Source of the DNA: Deinococcus sp.
GTDB lineage: Bacteria; Deinococcota; Deinococci; Deinococcales; Deinococcaceae
Direction: 5' to 3'
NCBI GenBank assembly: GCA_965261005.1
Contig: OZ253375.1
Location: 2,528,001-2,592,000 of the forward strand
DNA: 64,000 nt
Shown: positions 1 to 8,793 of the stretch, piece after piece
Layout: the number at the start of each line of letters is the position of its first letter
How positions within the stretch are numbered: position 1 is the stretch's first letter
Translations under genes and position numbers: made by a program
The notes under the pieces: generated by a model
What the model was told of the DNA's origin: nothing
The model's database searches: none
Seen by the model: the letters and a program-made list of their open reading frames with translations, nothing else

Positions 1-389
1 CCATTCGGGACTTCTCCACGCTCAGCGCGCGTGAGGCTGCGGAGTATTCCTATCACGACGCCGAGCGCTTCTACGTTGACCCAGCCACGGTGCCCCCGGA
101 GCAGGCCACGATTCGGCGGGCGAACATGGCCACCATGCGCGCCGTTGCCGGCGATCCCTACATGCACGACCCGAAGCTGCTGAAGCGCCTGGGCCGCGTC
201 AAGCTCCCCGTGCTGGTCATCTGGGGTGAGAGCGACGGTATCGTCACCCCGGCTTATGGCGCCGCTTATGCGGCGGCGTTCCCGAACGCCCGTTTCGAGA
301 TCGTCGAACACGCCGGACACCTGCCGCAGATCGAGCAGCCGGCCGCCACGTTTGGCCTCATCGACGCCTACCTGGACGGTCAAGCGTGA
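1..389 (+). CDS. alpha/beta fold hydrolase, C-terminal part (5' truncated by window edge)
   Basis: Frame open from position 3; PVLVIWGESDGIV...AGHLPQIEQP motifs of the catalytic Asp/His region. Confidence 0.8.
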   Translation, partial: IRDFSTLSAREAAEYSYHDAERFYVDPATVPPEQATIRRANMATMRAVAGDPYMHDPKLLKRLGRVKLPVLVIWGESDGIVTPAYGAAYAAAFPNARFEIVEHAGHLPQIEQPAATFGLIDAYLDGQA

Positions 390-474
390 TCCGGCTTCCG
401 CGCGGGCGAAATAGGGGCAATGAGGTGGTGCGGGGCACTCGCGAAGCGCGACTTCACATTCCGTATGCTGAGGC

Positions 475-549
475 ATGAACGACGAGAAGTACATCTCCAT
501 CACGCCGGGAGTGCGGAGCGGGAAGCCCTGCGTCAAGGGCACGCTATAG
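475..549 (+). pseudogene. truncated DUF433-family (antitoxin-like) protein N-terminus
   Basis: MNDEKYISITPGVRSGKPCVKGTL* matches the DUF433 start I.I.P...GKPCI.GTR but stops after 24 aa where the patatin gene ends; TATGCT -10 just upstream. Confidence 0.6.
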
Positions 550-1545
550 CTCCTCTCCCTCCATTGCCCGCCTGAGCATGGTTCGCCGCCCCGGCGCCTC
601 CCCTCGCCGGAACATCCGCAGGTAGGCCGCGAAGTCCCAGCCGTTCAGGAACCGGGCCGCCGCCGCCCGGCCCGCCTCGTACAGCGCCAGCGCTTCCTGG
701 GGCGGCAAGTCGAAGTCGGTGGTGCCCACATTCAGGCTAGGAATGGCGATGGTCCGCACGAAGTCGGCCGACTCTAAATATTGCCGGTCGCGGGCCTCCA
801 GCGCGGTGGAGACCAGGCTTTTTAAGTAGCCGAAGACGTTCGGGCGCTCGGGCGGCAGTTCCTCGCCCAGCGGGTCGCGCGGGCGTTCGTCCACCAGCAG
901 CAGGCCGAAGGTCGGCCAGCGCGGCGTGCCCGGCGCGTCGAAGGCCCAGACCGGGAAGTTGGACAAGAGGCCGCCGTCCACCAGCAAATGTTCCCGGCCG
1001 GTCTGGGGATTGTGCCAGCGCACCGGCTCGAAGTACAGCGGCAGGCTGGCGCTCATGCGAACCGCCCGCGCCACCTCCAGCTCCCCCGGCGTCACGCCCA
1101 AATGGGCCGCGTCCCTCGGCAGCAGCAGCAGGCGGCGCTCGGTCACGTCCGACACCACCACTTGCAGGCGGCACTGGCCCTCAAAATCGGGCACGTCCGC
1201 GAAGGTGCGAATCCCCTTGGCGGCCAGGCGGGCGCGCACCCAAGCCTCCAGCGCGTCCCCCTCGTAGATACCGAAGTCGAGGCCCAGACTCAGCAGCGGC
1301 CCGACCAGCGGAATACGGTCCTCCCAGCCCTGGTCCTTTAATTTTGTGAATGGAAAGCGCAACAGGTCGTCGCGCAGTGCCTCGGGCGCGTAGCCCGCAA
1401 TGTAAAAGGCCGCTGCGATGGCCCCCGCCGAGGTGCCGGCCACCCGCACCCCCCGGTAGCCGCGCTCCGTCAGCGTCGCCAGCGCGCCGATCAGGGCGAT
1501 CCCCTTGATGCCACCGCCCTCGAATACCAAGTCCACATCGAGCAT
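544..1545 (-). CDS. patatin-like phospholipase
   Basis: EGGGIKG, GTSAG and DGG motifs; start taken at MLDVDLVFE. Confidence 0.85.
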   Translation of the reverse strand: MLDVDLVFEGGGIKGIALIGALATLTERGYRGVRVAGTSAGAIAAAFYIAGYAPEALRDDLLRFPFTKLKDQGWEDRIPLVGPLLSLGLDFGIYEGDALEAWVRARLAAKGIRTFADVPDFEGQCRLQVVVSDVTERRLLLLPRDAAHLGVTPGELEVARAVRMSASLPLYFEPVRWHNPQTGREHLLVDGGLLSNFPVWAFDAPGTPRWPTFGLLLVDERPRDPLGEELPPERPNVFGYLKSLVSTALEARDRQYLESADFVRTIAIPSLNVGTTDFDLPPQEALALYEAGRAAAARFLNGWDFAAYLRMFRRGEAPGRRTMLRRAMEGEEL

Positions 1546-1568
1546 AAGCTTATTGTGCGCCCGAGGGG

Positions 1569-1735
1569 TCAGGTCGCGTTCTCGCCCACCTCCAACTTCC
1601 TCGTCGCCACCCGCCCCACCAGCCGGCGGTCGTGCGAAGCGAACAGCAGGGTGCCGGGGAAGCCGGCCAGCAGCATTTCGAGGGTGACGGCCAGGCACGC
1701 CAGGGTCAGGCGGGTGCGCTGGCCGCCCGAGAGGT
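1569..1735 (-). pseudogene. degenerate duplicate of the ABC-F 3' end
   Basis: SGGQRTRLTLA...FPGTLLFASHDRRL aligns with 5917-6140 but lacks the ~63 bp Walker-B segment (RAPLLILDEPTNHLDIQAIEA). Confidence 0.8.
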
Positions 1736-1780
1736 CGGAGAAAAGCCAAAAGTTGCGCCCGACTTGGGGCGTGAACCTTG

Positions 1781-1791
1781 TACGCTGAGTT
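1781..1791 (+). promoter_or_regulatory. putative -10 box for leaderless transcription of the toxin gene
   Basis: TACGCT-gagtt-ATG; the paralog has TAGAAT-gagtc-ATG at 51163-51176 with the same spacing. Confidence 0.45.
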
Positions 1792-4700
1792 ATGTCCGAG
1801 TACGAAGAGCGCAAGCAAGGCCAGCAAAGGGCAGCCGCAGCGCCGCAGACCACCTATGTGCCCCCGCTGCCGATCCCGGATCAGGCGGCCATCCAGCTTG
1901 ACCTGCACCAGCGCGCTGTACAACGCTACCAGCAGTTCTTCGTCACACCAGCCGTCGCCCAGCGTGCCAGCGCCGCCCCCGTCCTCGAAGCGGCTCAAGT
2001 ACAACGTGCAGTTGCCTTGCAGCGTCAGCAGTCGCAGTTGGCCTTGCAACGTCAGATCGAGGCGCTAAGAGAAGGCTTGCCCGAGAACGCCCTGAAAGCA
2101 GCCTTGCAACGTCAGGCCGAGCAAAGCCAGGTACCGGCTCTGCCCCCCATCTTCAGCGGTCCGACCAGGTCACAGCCTTCCTACGCCGACCACGCCCAGC
2201 GCTACGCCCATGAAGCGGTGTCCCTGCAATGGCAAGCGGACCAGCACAGCGGCTTCGTGTCCATGTCCGCCTGGCCGACCATTCAGCAGCGCGCCGCTCA
2301 GGACTTGGCGCAGCGCTTTCGCTCTGACACTTCTCCCGCCACTCAGCGCTACGCCGAGCTGGGGCAGAGCTTGGCCCTGGTCCAACGGCAGCCGAACGGG
2401 AAACACGTGGCGCGCGTCGTGCTGCAACGCTTGCCCGCCGGAGAACGGCCTTTGGTACAAAGGGCGCTGGATGAGGCTGAGGGCGAACATCAACAGTACG
2501 GAGAACAAGACCTGAAGGCGTTGGAACTGCACACCTTGCAACGGAAGCTGACAGAGGAAGCAAGCCTTGCTCCCCAAGCGATGCCCAGGGGAAGCGGTCA
2601 AGCCTTGCCCCTGGCGGTGCAGCGGCAATTGGAAGTGGGGCTGAACATCCCTATTGAGCACCTGCAAGCCGTGCGAGTCCACGCTGACCCTGCCGCCCAC
2701 AGCTTCGCCAAGTCGGTGAACGCCATCGCGGCGACTACCGGAACGAACATCTTCTTTCAGCAAGGCAAGCTGGACACCGAGAGTGTCGAGGGCCAGGAGC
2801 TGCTGGCGCACGAGGTCACGCACACGTACCAACAAGCGCAGGGCAAGGTGCAGGGAGGCGGCATTGATCCCGACCCCGGCTTGGAGCAGGAGGCGCGGGA
2901 CACGGGCAAGACGTTCGCTCGGCAAGCCAAAACGCCCGAGTTCATGGCGCGTTTTGAGCGGAAAAGACAAAGCGTGGAGGCGCGCTTTCAAGCTGGACTT
3001 CACGCTCCTAAAACCGTGCAGCGTCTGGCAGCGCCGACACCCGAGGTGACGTGGTACCGGGACTTCGTGGGGAACGTGGCCGGTATCAGCGTCGCGCTCA
3101 GCTTGCGGCGCAGCGGGGGCAAGCTGCACGGCCGCTACCAGTACCACGGCCAGAGCGCTTGGCTCACCGTCGAGGGTGAAGTGGACCCGAACACCAAAGC
3201 AGTCACGCTGACCGAGCGCGACGAGCGAGGCAAGGTCACCGGCAGCTTCCGGGGAAGCTTCGCGGGCAAAGGCGGTGAAACGCTGAGTGGGACTTGGACC
3301 AATGCGGCGGGCAGCAAGTCGCACCCCTTCAGCTTCATGCTGGCAGAGGTTCACGCCACACCCAAAGCGCCAGCCCCTCAGCTCCCAGCCCCCGCGCCTT
3401 TGTCCAAGTGGGAACGGACCTACGGCGGCATCTTGGCGGGCAGTGCGCTGAGCCTGCAACTCAAGGGGAACGGCGGCCAAGTGGACGGTCAATTCACCCT
3501 CGGCACGCTGGGCACGGGCAGCTGTGCGGGTCAGCAGAATGGGGACCAGCTGAACTTGACGCTGACGTATGCGGATGGCAAAAACAAGGGGCAAAGCCGG
3601 ACGCTGGCGCTGACCCTCAAGGGGGAGACGGAGCTGAGCGGCAGCTGGGCGGGCGGGGACACCAGCTACGCCCTTCAGCTCTCGACCCAAGCGCCACGGC
3701 AGACGGGCAAAGTGTCGGAGGCGTTTCTGGACGCGGTGCTCAGGGAGCTGCCTGCGGCCATGCGGCACGACCCGGACAAGCACGGGAAGCTGCGCATCGA
3801 GAAGAACCTGGCCAAACCGCACTACCGCGAGGACGCCCGGCGCATTCTGGAAGCTTGCGTGCGGGCCGGGATCACCGACAAAGCGCAGATCGCCTACGTG
3901 CTGGTGACGGCGGCGCACGAAAGCAACTTCGGGCTGAACATGCAGGAACTGGGCGGCTACAGCTACTTCGAGCGCTTGTACGGCCCGAACGGGAGCAGGC
4001 CGGAAAACGCGCGCGAACACGGCAACACCCAGGCTGGCGACGGCTACAAGTACAGAGGTCGCGGCTTCGCTCAGGTGACGTGGAAAGATAATTATGTGAA
4101 GTGGAATGAACGTCTTACTAGGGCACAATACCCTCTCAACGGTAGGCTACAAGACAATCCCGACCAGCTGAGCACGAACCGCGACTTAGCGGCCAAAGTG
4201 ATAGCTGAGGGGATGCGAGACGGGGTGTTCACGGGCGCCAAGCTGGGCACCTACATCAATGCGCAGCAACAGGACTTCGTGCAGGCACGCCGGACCATCA
4301 ACGGGCTGGACCATGCGGAGGGCATGGGCAAGGCGGCCAGCGTCCTCAGCGAACGCCTAAACCCGCTCGACTTGCTGGCTCAAGAGCAAGAGTCAGGCCA
4401 AGAGGAACCGAAGCAAGCTTCGGAACTGGGAGCGCTGATTGCGAAGACGGCTCAGGAAGGGGTAGAGGCGGGCTGGACAGAACACATTGCCTACCATTGC
4501 TCGAAGTGGACACGTCAGGTAGTGGAACACGCGCTCGGTCAAAAAGACATGGCACTCTCGACGAGTTCCACGAAGGTGCGGGGCCTCTTCGGCGGCTCGG
4601 CCTTGCAGACCAAGGCCGCTTTCGAGCAACAAGGGCTGACGCACCCCTACACCGGCGTGGACGACCTTCAGCCCGGCGACATCCTCTTCTGGGATGTGCC

Positions 4701-4962
4701 AAAGCAGTACGGCCATGTCGCCATTTACATAGGAGGTGGGCAAGTAGCCGGCAATCACTACAAAGTCTATATGGATAAACGACAAACACTGCTCGACCTC
4801 AAACAAGCTATGCCAGGCAATCCTGTTAATGTAGGTGGTCTTACTGTTTATGATGGTATTGATGCACGCGGCCTTCTGCCACTAGCACAAGTAGTTTCTC
4901 TTAAGCATCCTCCCATATTAGTTGCTCGATTACCCAGTCGTTGGACTCCGAGGAAAAAATGA
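1792..4962 (+). CDS. DUF4157 (eCIS-core-type) polymorphic effector with GH19/lysozyme-like and NlpC/P60 domains
   Basis: GSGQALP...VRVH...AIAATTGTNIFF...LLAHEVTHTYQQ (DUF4157); AYVLVTAAHES...GNTQAGDGYKYRGRGFAQVTW...RRTING (GH19-like); CSKWT...LQPGDILFW...GHVAIYIG (NlpC/P60); no signal peptide. Confidence 0.85.
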   Translation: MSEYEERKQGQQRAAAAPQTTYVPPLPIPDQAAIQLDLHQRAVQRYQQFFVTPAVAQRASAAPVLEAAQVQRAVALQRQQSQLALQRQIEALREGLPENALKAALQRQAEQSQVPALPPIFSGPTRSQPSYADHAQRYAHEAVSLQWQADQHSGFVSMSAWPTIQQRAAQDLAQRFRSDTSPATQRYAELGQSLALVQRQPNGKHVARVVLQRLPAGERPLVQRALDEAEGEHQQYGEQDLKALELHTLQRKLTEEASLAPQAMPRGSGQALPLAVQRQLEVGLNIPIEHLQAVRVHADPAAHSFAKSVNAIAATTGTNIFFQQGKLDTESVEGQELLAHEVTHTYQQAQGKVQGGGIDPDPGLEQEARDTGKTFARQAKTPEFMARFERKRQSVEARFQAGLHAPKTVQRLAAPTPEVTWYRDFVGNVAGISVALSLRRSGGKLHGRYQYHGQSAWLTVEGEVDPNTKAVTLTERDERGKVTGSFRGSFAGKGGETLSGTWTNAAGSKSHPFSFMLAEVHATPKAPAPQLPAPAPLSKWERTYGGILAGSALSLQLKGNGGQVDGQFTLGTLGTGSCAGQQNGDQLNLTLTYADGKNKGQSRTLALTLKGETELSGSWAGGDTSYALQLSTQAPRQTGKVSEAFLDAVLRELPAAMRHDPDKHGKLRIEKNLAKPHYREDARRILEACVRAGITDKAQIAYVLVTAAHESNFGLNMQELGGYSYFERLYGPNGSRPENAREHGNTQAGDGYKYRGRGFAQVTWKDNYVKWNERLTRAQYPLNGRLQDNPDQLSTNRDLAAKVIAEGMRDGVFTGAKLGTYINAQQQDFVQARRTINGLDHAEGMGKAASVLSERLNPLDLLAQEQESGQEEPKQASELGALIAKTAQEGVEAGWTEHIAYHCSKWTRQVVEHALGQKDMALSTSSTKVRGLFGGSALQTKAAFEQQGLTHPYTGVDDLQPGDILFWDVPKQYGHVAIYIGGGQVAGNHYKVYMDKRQTLLDLKQAMPGNPVNVGGLTVYDGIDARGLLPLAQVVSLKHPPILVARLPSRWTPRKK

Positions 4963-5906
4963 GATACTTAGCCACATATGCTTTATATGTTTGTACGTTA
5001 ACGGCTGTTGCGGCACAAGAGATAGATTGGAATAAGCCAGAAACTAAAGGACAACTGTATAACTCTAAGCAACCTAATCCAGATAGAACACCCAGAATAA
5101 GAGAGGGAATAAATGAATTGCTTAAGGACGACAGTCTTGGCAAAATCCCATATTTAGTCGCCCGAACACCTCTTAGATCAGAGGCGATACCAGAAATGAA
5201 TAAGAGCATAATTTGGAAAAGGTTCTATAATTATACGACATTTGCTCCAGACAATGATAATTACGCTTCTGGCTATAGCGTTGATCTTATAAGTTCACTT
5301 AACTGTGACCCCAATCCATTCAAAGGTGATTGTGCAGCAGGATCCTTTTATGCTCTTGTAAATGCTCCCGACTTAGAGTTTATTCGCAGCAAAGATTCAG
5401 TCAAGAACGAGCCATTAACTGATCGGCCTGTTCCACTCGCTTACGGTTTGACCGGGTATCTCTCAACAGCCAGTATTGAATGGCTGTGTAACAAAGGTTA
5501 CTACGTCATTGCCAGTCTTGCTTCCCCCATCGAAAACGTCATCCTCGCCAACGCCTCCAACCCCGATCTCAAGGACCCTAGGGGGCCGAACTACAACAAG
5601 CCCTTTGTCGGCACCATCCGCCAGAACCTCAAGGTCAACATGCAGCTTCGCCGCAGCGGCAAGTGGCTGTGGGGCACCTACTTCTACGACAAGGGCAAGT
5701 CCGTTCCGCTCCAGGACCGGCTGTACGTCGTCGGAACCGTGGGCAAAGACGGCGCCGCGACCCTCAAGGAGTACGCCTTTGACAACGCCGAGAACAGCGC
5801 CACGCAGTCCGGCACCTTTAAAGGCAAGCTGAACGACAAGACCTTTTCCGGCACCTGGTCGGCGCCAAAGGGTAAGCTTCTGCCCTTTCAGCTTGCGGCG
5901 AAGTGA
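4959..5906 (+). CDS. exported partner / putative immunity protein, type A
   Basis: ATGA overlap with toxin stop; N-terminal signal peptide (MRYLATYALYVCTLTAVAA-Q); AT-rich 5' half; homolog follows the orphan NlpC/P60 tip at 56543. Confidence 0.7.
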   Translation: MRYLATYALYVCTLTAVAAQEIDWNKPETKGQLYNSKQPNPDRTPRIREGINELLKDDSLGKIPYLVARTPLRSEAIPEMNKSIIWKRFYNYTTFAPDNDNYASGYSVDLISSLNCDPNPFKGDCAAGSFYALVNAPDLEFIRSKDSVKNEPLTDRPVPLAYGLTGYLSTASIEWLCNKGYYVIASLASPIENVILANASNPDLKDPRGPNYNKPFVGTIRQNLKVNMQLRRSGKWLWGTYFYDKGKSVPLQDRLYVVGTVGKDGAATLKEYAFDNAENSATQSGTFKGKLNDKTFSGTWSAPKGKLLPFQLAAK

Positions 5907-5916
5907 CGGCCGGCTG

Positions 5917-7506
5917 CTATAGCCCAACCACCTCCAGCCTCCCCGTCGCCATCCGCTCTATCAGCCGGCGGTCGTGTGAGGCGAACAGCAGGGTACCGGG
6001 GAAGTCGGCTAGCAGCGTTTCGAGCGCCTCTATGGCCTGAATGTCCAAATGGTTGGTCGGCTCATCGAGGATGAGCAGCGGGGCGCGGGTGACGGCCAGG
6101 CGTGCCAGGGTCAGGCGGGTGCGCTGGCCGCCCGAGAGGCTGGACAAGGGAAAGTCGGGCCGGGGCGGCAGGCCGAGCTGGGCCAGCAGGTTGTACAGTT
6201 CCTGGGTCCTCAGGGCGCCGTTGGCGTCCCGTAGAGCATCTTCAAGCGTGGCGAAGCCCGCCAGCTCCTCACCGTGCTGCCCGGCCCAGTAGTGAGTCAG
6301 GCCGTGGCCGAAGGTGACGCTCCCCGTGTAGGGCAGGCGCCCCAGGATGGCCGCGATCAGGCTGCTCTTGCCGCCGCCGTTCGGTCCCGTAAGGGCCAGC
6401 TTCTCGCCGCGCCGCAGGGTGAGGGAGAGCTTGTCGAAGAGGGTCCGCCCGCCGCGCTCCAAGGTGAGGTTTTCGACCGTCAATACCTCGTTCGGCCCGC
6501 TGGGCACCTCTCCCAGCGGCACCTCGACGCGGGTCAGGTCCTGATAGGGCTTCTCGACGACCTCCATCCGTTCCAGCCGCTTTTCCAGCGCCTTGGCGCG
6601 CGAGGCATAGGTGCCCGAGGCGTTTTCCGCCTTGCCCTTGGCGGCCATCAGGTTGGTGTTGCCCGCGCGCTTGTGATTGAACTTGCCGGCGCTTTCTCCC
6701 TTGGAGCGCAGGCCCCGCATCTCACCCTCCAACGCACGTCTCTTGCGCTCCCCCGCCTCGTGCTGACGTTCCTGGGCCGCCCGCAGCTCGGCCTTGAGCG
6801 CCATCGCCCCGGTGTAATCGCCGGGGTAGACGTGCAGCCGCCCGCGCTCCAGCTCGGCCACCCGCGTCACGGTCGCGTCCAAAAAGGCGCGGTCGTGCGA
6901 AACGATCAAGACGCCCGCCGCCGCGCTCCGCAGCCAGCCTTCTAGCCAAGTCAGGCTCTCCGCGTCGAGGTGGTTGGTCGGCTCGTCCAGCAGCAGCAGG
7001 TCGGCGGGGGAGAGCAGCAGGGCAGCCAGCATGGCGCGGCGCTGTTGACCGCCCGAAAGGGCGTGCGTGCTCGCTTCGGGACGCAAATTCAGGCCCGCCA
7101 GAACGGCGCTCGCCCGCGCCTCAAAGTCGTAGCCGCCCAACGTCCGGTAACGCTCCTCGGCGCCGGAAAAGGCGGTCAGGTGCCCCGGTGTCGGGTCGTT
7201 CAGACGTTCTTGAGCGGCCTCCAGCGTCCGATTCGCGTCCAGCAACTCGGCGGGCGTCACGCTCTCCAGCAGCGTACCTCCGCCCAGATTGGCGTGCTGG
7301 GCCAACAGCGCTGGCCGGCCCGACGCGCTCACGCTGCCCGCGTCGGGCCGCTCAAGGCCCGCCATCAGGCGCAGCAGGGTACTTTTGCCGCCGCCGTTGC
7401 GGCCGGTCAGGGCCACTTTTTCGCCGGCGTTCAGCTCGAACGAGACCTCTTCAAATAGCTGGTGGTCGCCAAAGCGCTTGGCGACCCCTCGCAGGACAAC
7501 ACCCAC
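5917..7506 (-). CDS. ABC-F family ATPase (two NBDs, no TM), possible ribosome-protection type
   Basis: GRNGGGKS and GPNGGGKS, two LSGGQ, two LDEPTNHLD, long charged inter-domain linker. Confidence 0.9.
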   Translation of the reverse strand: MGVVLRGVAKRFGDHQLFEEVSFELNAGEKVALTGRNGGGKSTLLRLMAGLERPDAGSVSASGRPALLAQHANLGGGTLLESVTPAELLDANRTLEAAQERLNDPTPGHLTAFSGAEERYRTLGGYDFEARASAVLAGLNLRPEASTHALSGGQQRRAMLAALLLSPADLLLLDEPTNHLDAESLTWLEGWLRSAAAGVLIVSHDRAFLDATVTRVAELERGRLHVYPGDYTGAMALKAELRAAQERQHEAGERKRRALEGEMRGLRSKGESAGKFNHKRAGNTNLMAAKGKAENASGTYASRAKALEKRLERMEVVEKPYQDLTRVEVPLGEVPSGPNEVLTVENLTLERGGRTLFDKLSLTLRRGEKLALTGPNGGGKSSLIAAILGRLPYTGSVTFGHGLTHYWAGQHGEELAGFATLEDALRDANGALRTQELYNLLAQLGLPPRPDFPLSSLSGGQRTRLTLARLAVTRAPLLILDEPTNHLDIQAIEALETLLADFPGTLLFASHDRRLIERMATGRLEVVGL

Positions 7507-7590
7507 GCTGACCTCCTTACAGGAGAAACGAAAAGTCGGAAACTTTCGTTGGTCAGCGGCGTTCGGTCACGAAGATGTATCTCCTACGAG
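7501..7590 (-). promoter_or_regulatory. candidate translational attenuator with uORF MTERR (7570-7553)
   Basis: On - strand: AGGAG-N10-GTG ACC GAA CGC CGC TGA; CGCTGACC pairs with GGTCAGCG next to the ABC-F start; CTCCT-gta-AGGAG hairpin hides the SD. Confidence 0.5.
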
Positions 7591-7650
7591 GGCTGCGGGC
7601 CGTTCCCCAGGAAGCCTGGCCGGGAATGGGGGCAGTGTAGCGCGCGGGCG

Positions 7651-8706
7651 TTACGGCCGCCAGCCCTCGACGCTGGCGCCGCCGAACACCACGCGCCGCA
7701 GCTCCGGCGAGAAAAAGGCCCGGTCCGTCGCGCTGACCTCATTCAGCGCCTCCAGCTGCGCCGGCGTCAGGGTGATGTCCAGCGAGGCCAGGTTGTCCTC
7801 CAGCTGCGACAGCTTGCTGGCCCCGAGCAGGGTCGAGGTGACGCCCGGCTGGGCCACCGCCCAGGCCAGCGCCACCTGCGCGGGCGGGCGCCCAACATCA
7901 CCGGCTACCCTTCGTAGGGTGTCCAGAATCCGCCAGTTGCGCTCGGTGAACTTGGTGAACGGCCCTTGAAACGGGTTGCTGACGCTCAGACGGCCCTGCC
8001 CGTCCGCCGCCTGCCCTTCCCGCTCGCCGCGCTGGTACTTGCCGGCCAAAAAGCCGCCCGCCAGCGGACTCCACGGCAGCAGGCCCAAGCCGCTTTCAAG
8101 GGCGGCGGGCCGGTGTTCGGTCTCCAACTCGCGGGCGACCAGCGAGTATTCCAGCTGCATGGCGACGGGGCCGGGCACGTGGTACGCCTGCGCCAGCGCC
8201 GCCGCCTTGGCGGCGTACCACGCGGGCATGTCGGAAAAGCCGAAGTAGCGAATCCTGCCCGCACGCACCAAATCGCCGAGCGTTTGCAGCACCTCCTCCA
8301 CCGGCGTCACCATGTCGTAGACGTGCAGCCAGTACAGGTCAACGTAGTCGGTACCCAGGCGCCTCAGCGATCCCTCCAGCGCCCGGTAGATGTGCTTGCG
8401 GCCGTTGCCGCCCGCGTGAGGATTGCCCTTCTCGGCGTTGAAGCCGAACTTGGTCGCCAGCACCACCTGGTCGCGCAGCTGGCGGCCCGCGATCAAGTGG
8501 CCCACCAACTCCTCGCTGCGCCCGCCGGAATACACGTCGGCCGTGTCTATGAAGTTGCCGCCCGCCCCCACGTAGGCGTCGAAGATCTGCCCGGACACCT
8601 CGTCGGACGATCCCCAGCTTCCGTTGCCGAAGGTCATGGTGCCGAGGGCCAGCGGGCTGACGATCAGGCCGGAGCGGCCCAGGGTGCGGTAATCGGTGAG
8701 GTTCAT
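7651..8706 (-). CDS. aldo/keto reductase
   Basis: LGRSGLIVSPLALGTM, FIDTADVY, LATKF, LGTDYVDLYWLH, WSPLAGG. Confidence 0.92.
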   Translation of the reverse strand: MNLTDYRTLGRSGLIVSPLALGTMTFGNGSWGSSDEVSGQIFDAYVGAGGNFIDTADVYSGGRSEELVGHLIAGRQLRDQVVLATKFGFNAEKGNPHAGGNGRKHIYRALEGSLRRLGTDYVDLYWLHVYDMVTPVEEVLQTLGDLVRAGRIRYFGFSDMPAWYAAKAAALAQAYHVPGPVAMQLEYSLVARELETEHRPAALESGLGLLPWSPLAGGFLAGKYQRGEREGQAADGQGRLSVSNPFQGPFTKFTERNWRILDTLRRVAGDVGRPPAQVALAWAVAQPGVTSTLLGASKLSQLEDNLASLDITLTPAQLEALNEVSATDRAFFSPELRRVVFGGASVEGWRP

Positions 8707-8793
8707 GGGTTCTCCTATCATGTGCATAAACGTCATGCGAACAAACGATCAGTTTTGGTCGCGCTCAAGCTGCTTCACTCTAGCCCCACCCAC

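Noticed and set aside
544..1545. Patatin as a CBASS/defence effector or part of the toxin system
   Set aside because: No cyclase or other defence genes adjacent; opposite strand; absent from locus 2
2170..4128. Long antisense ORFs (also 52257-54512, 61681-63522 and others)
   Set aside because: Shadow frames of high-GC coding genes with no recognisable motifs
1792..4962. Prophage endolysin or tail lysin interpretation
   Set aside because: No phage structural, holin or integrase genes; DUF4157 and cognate partner pairing fit an effector better
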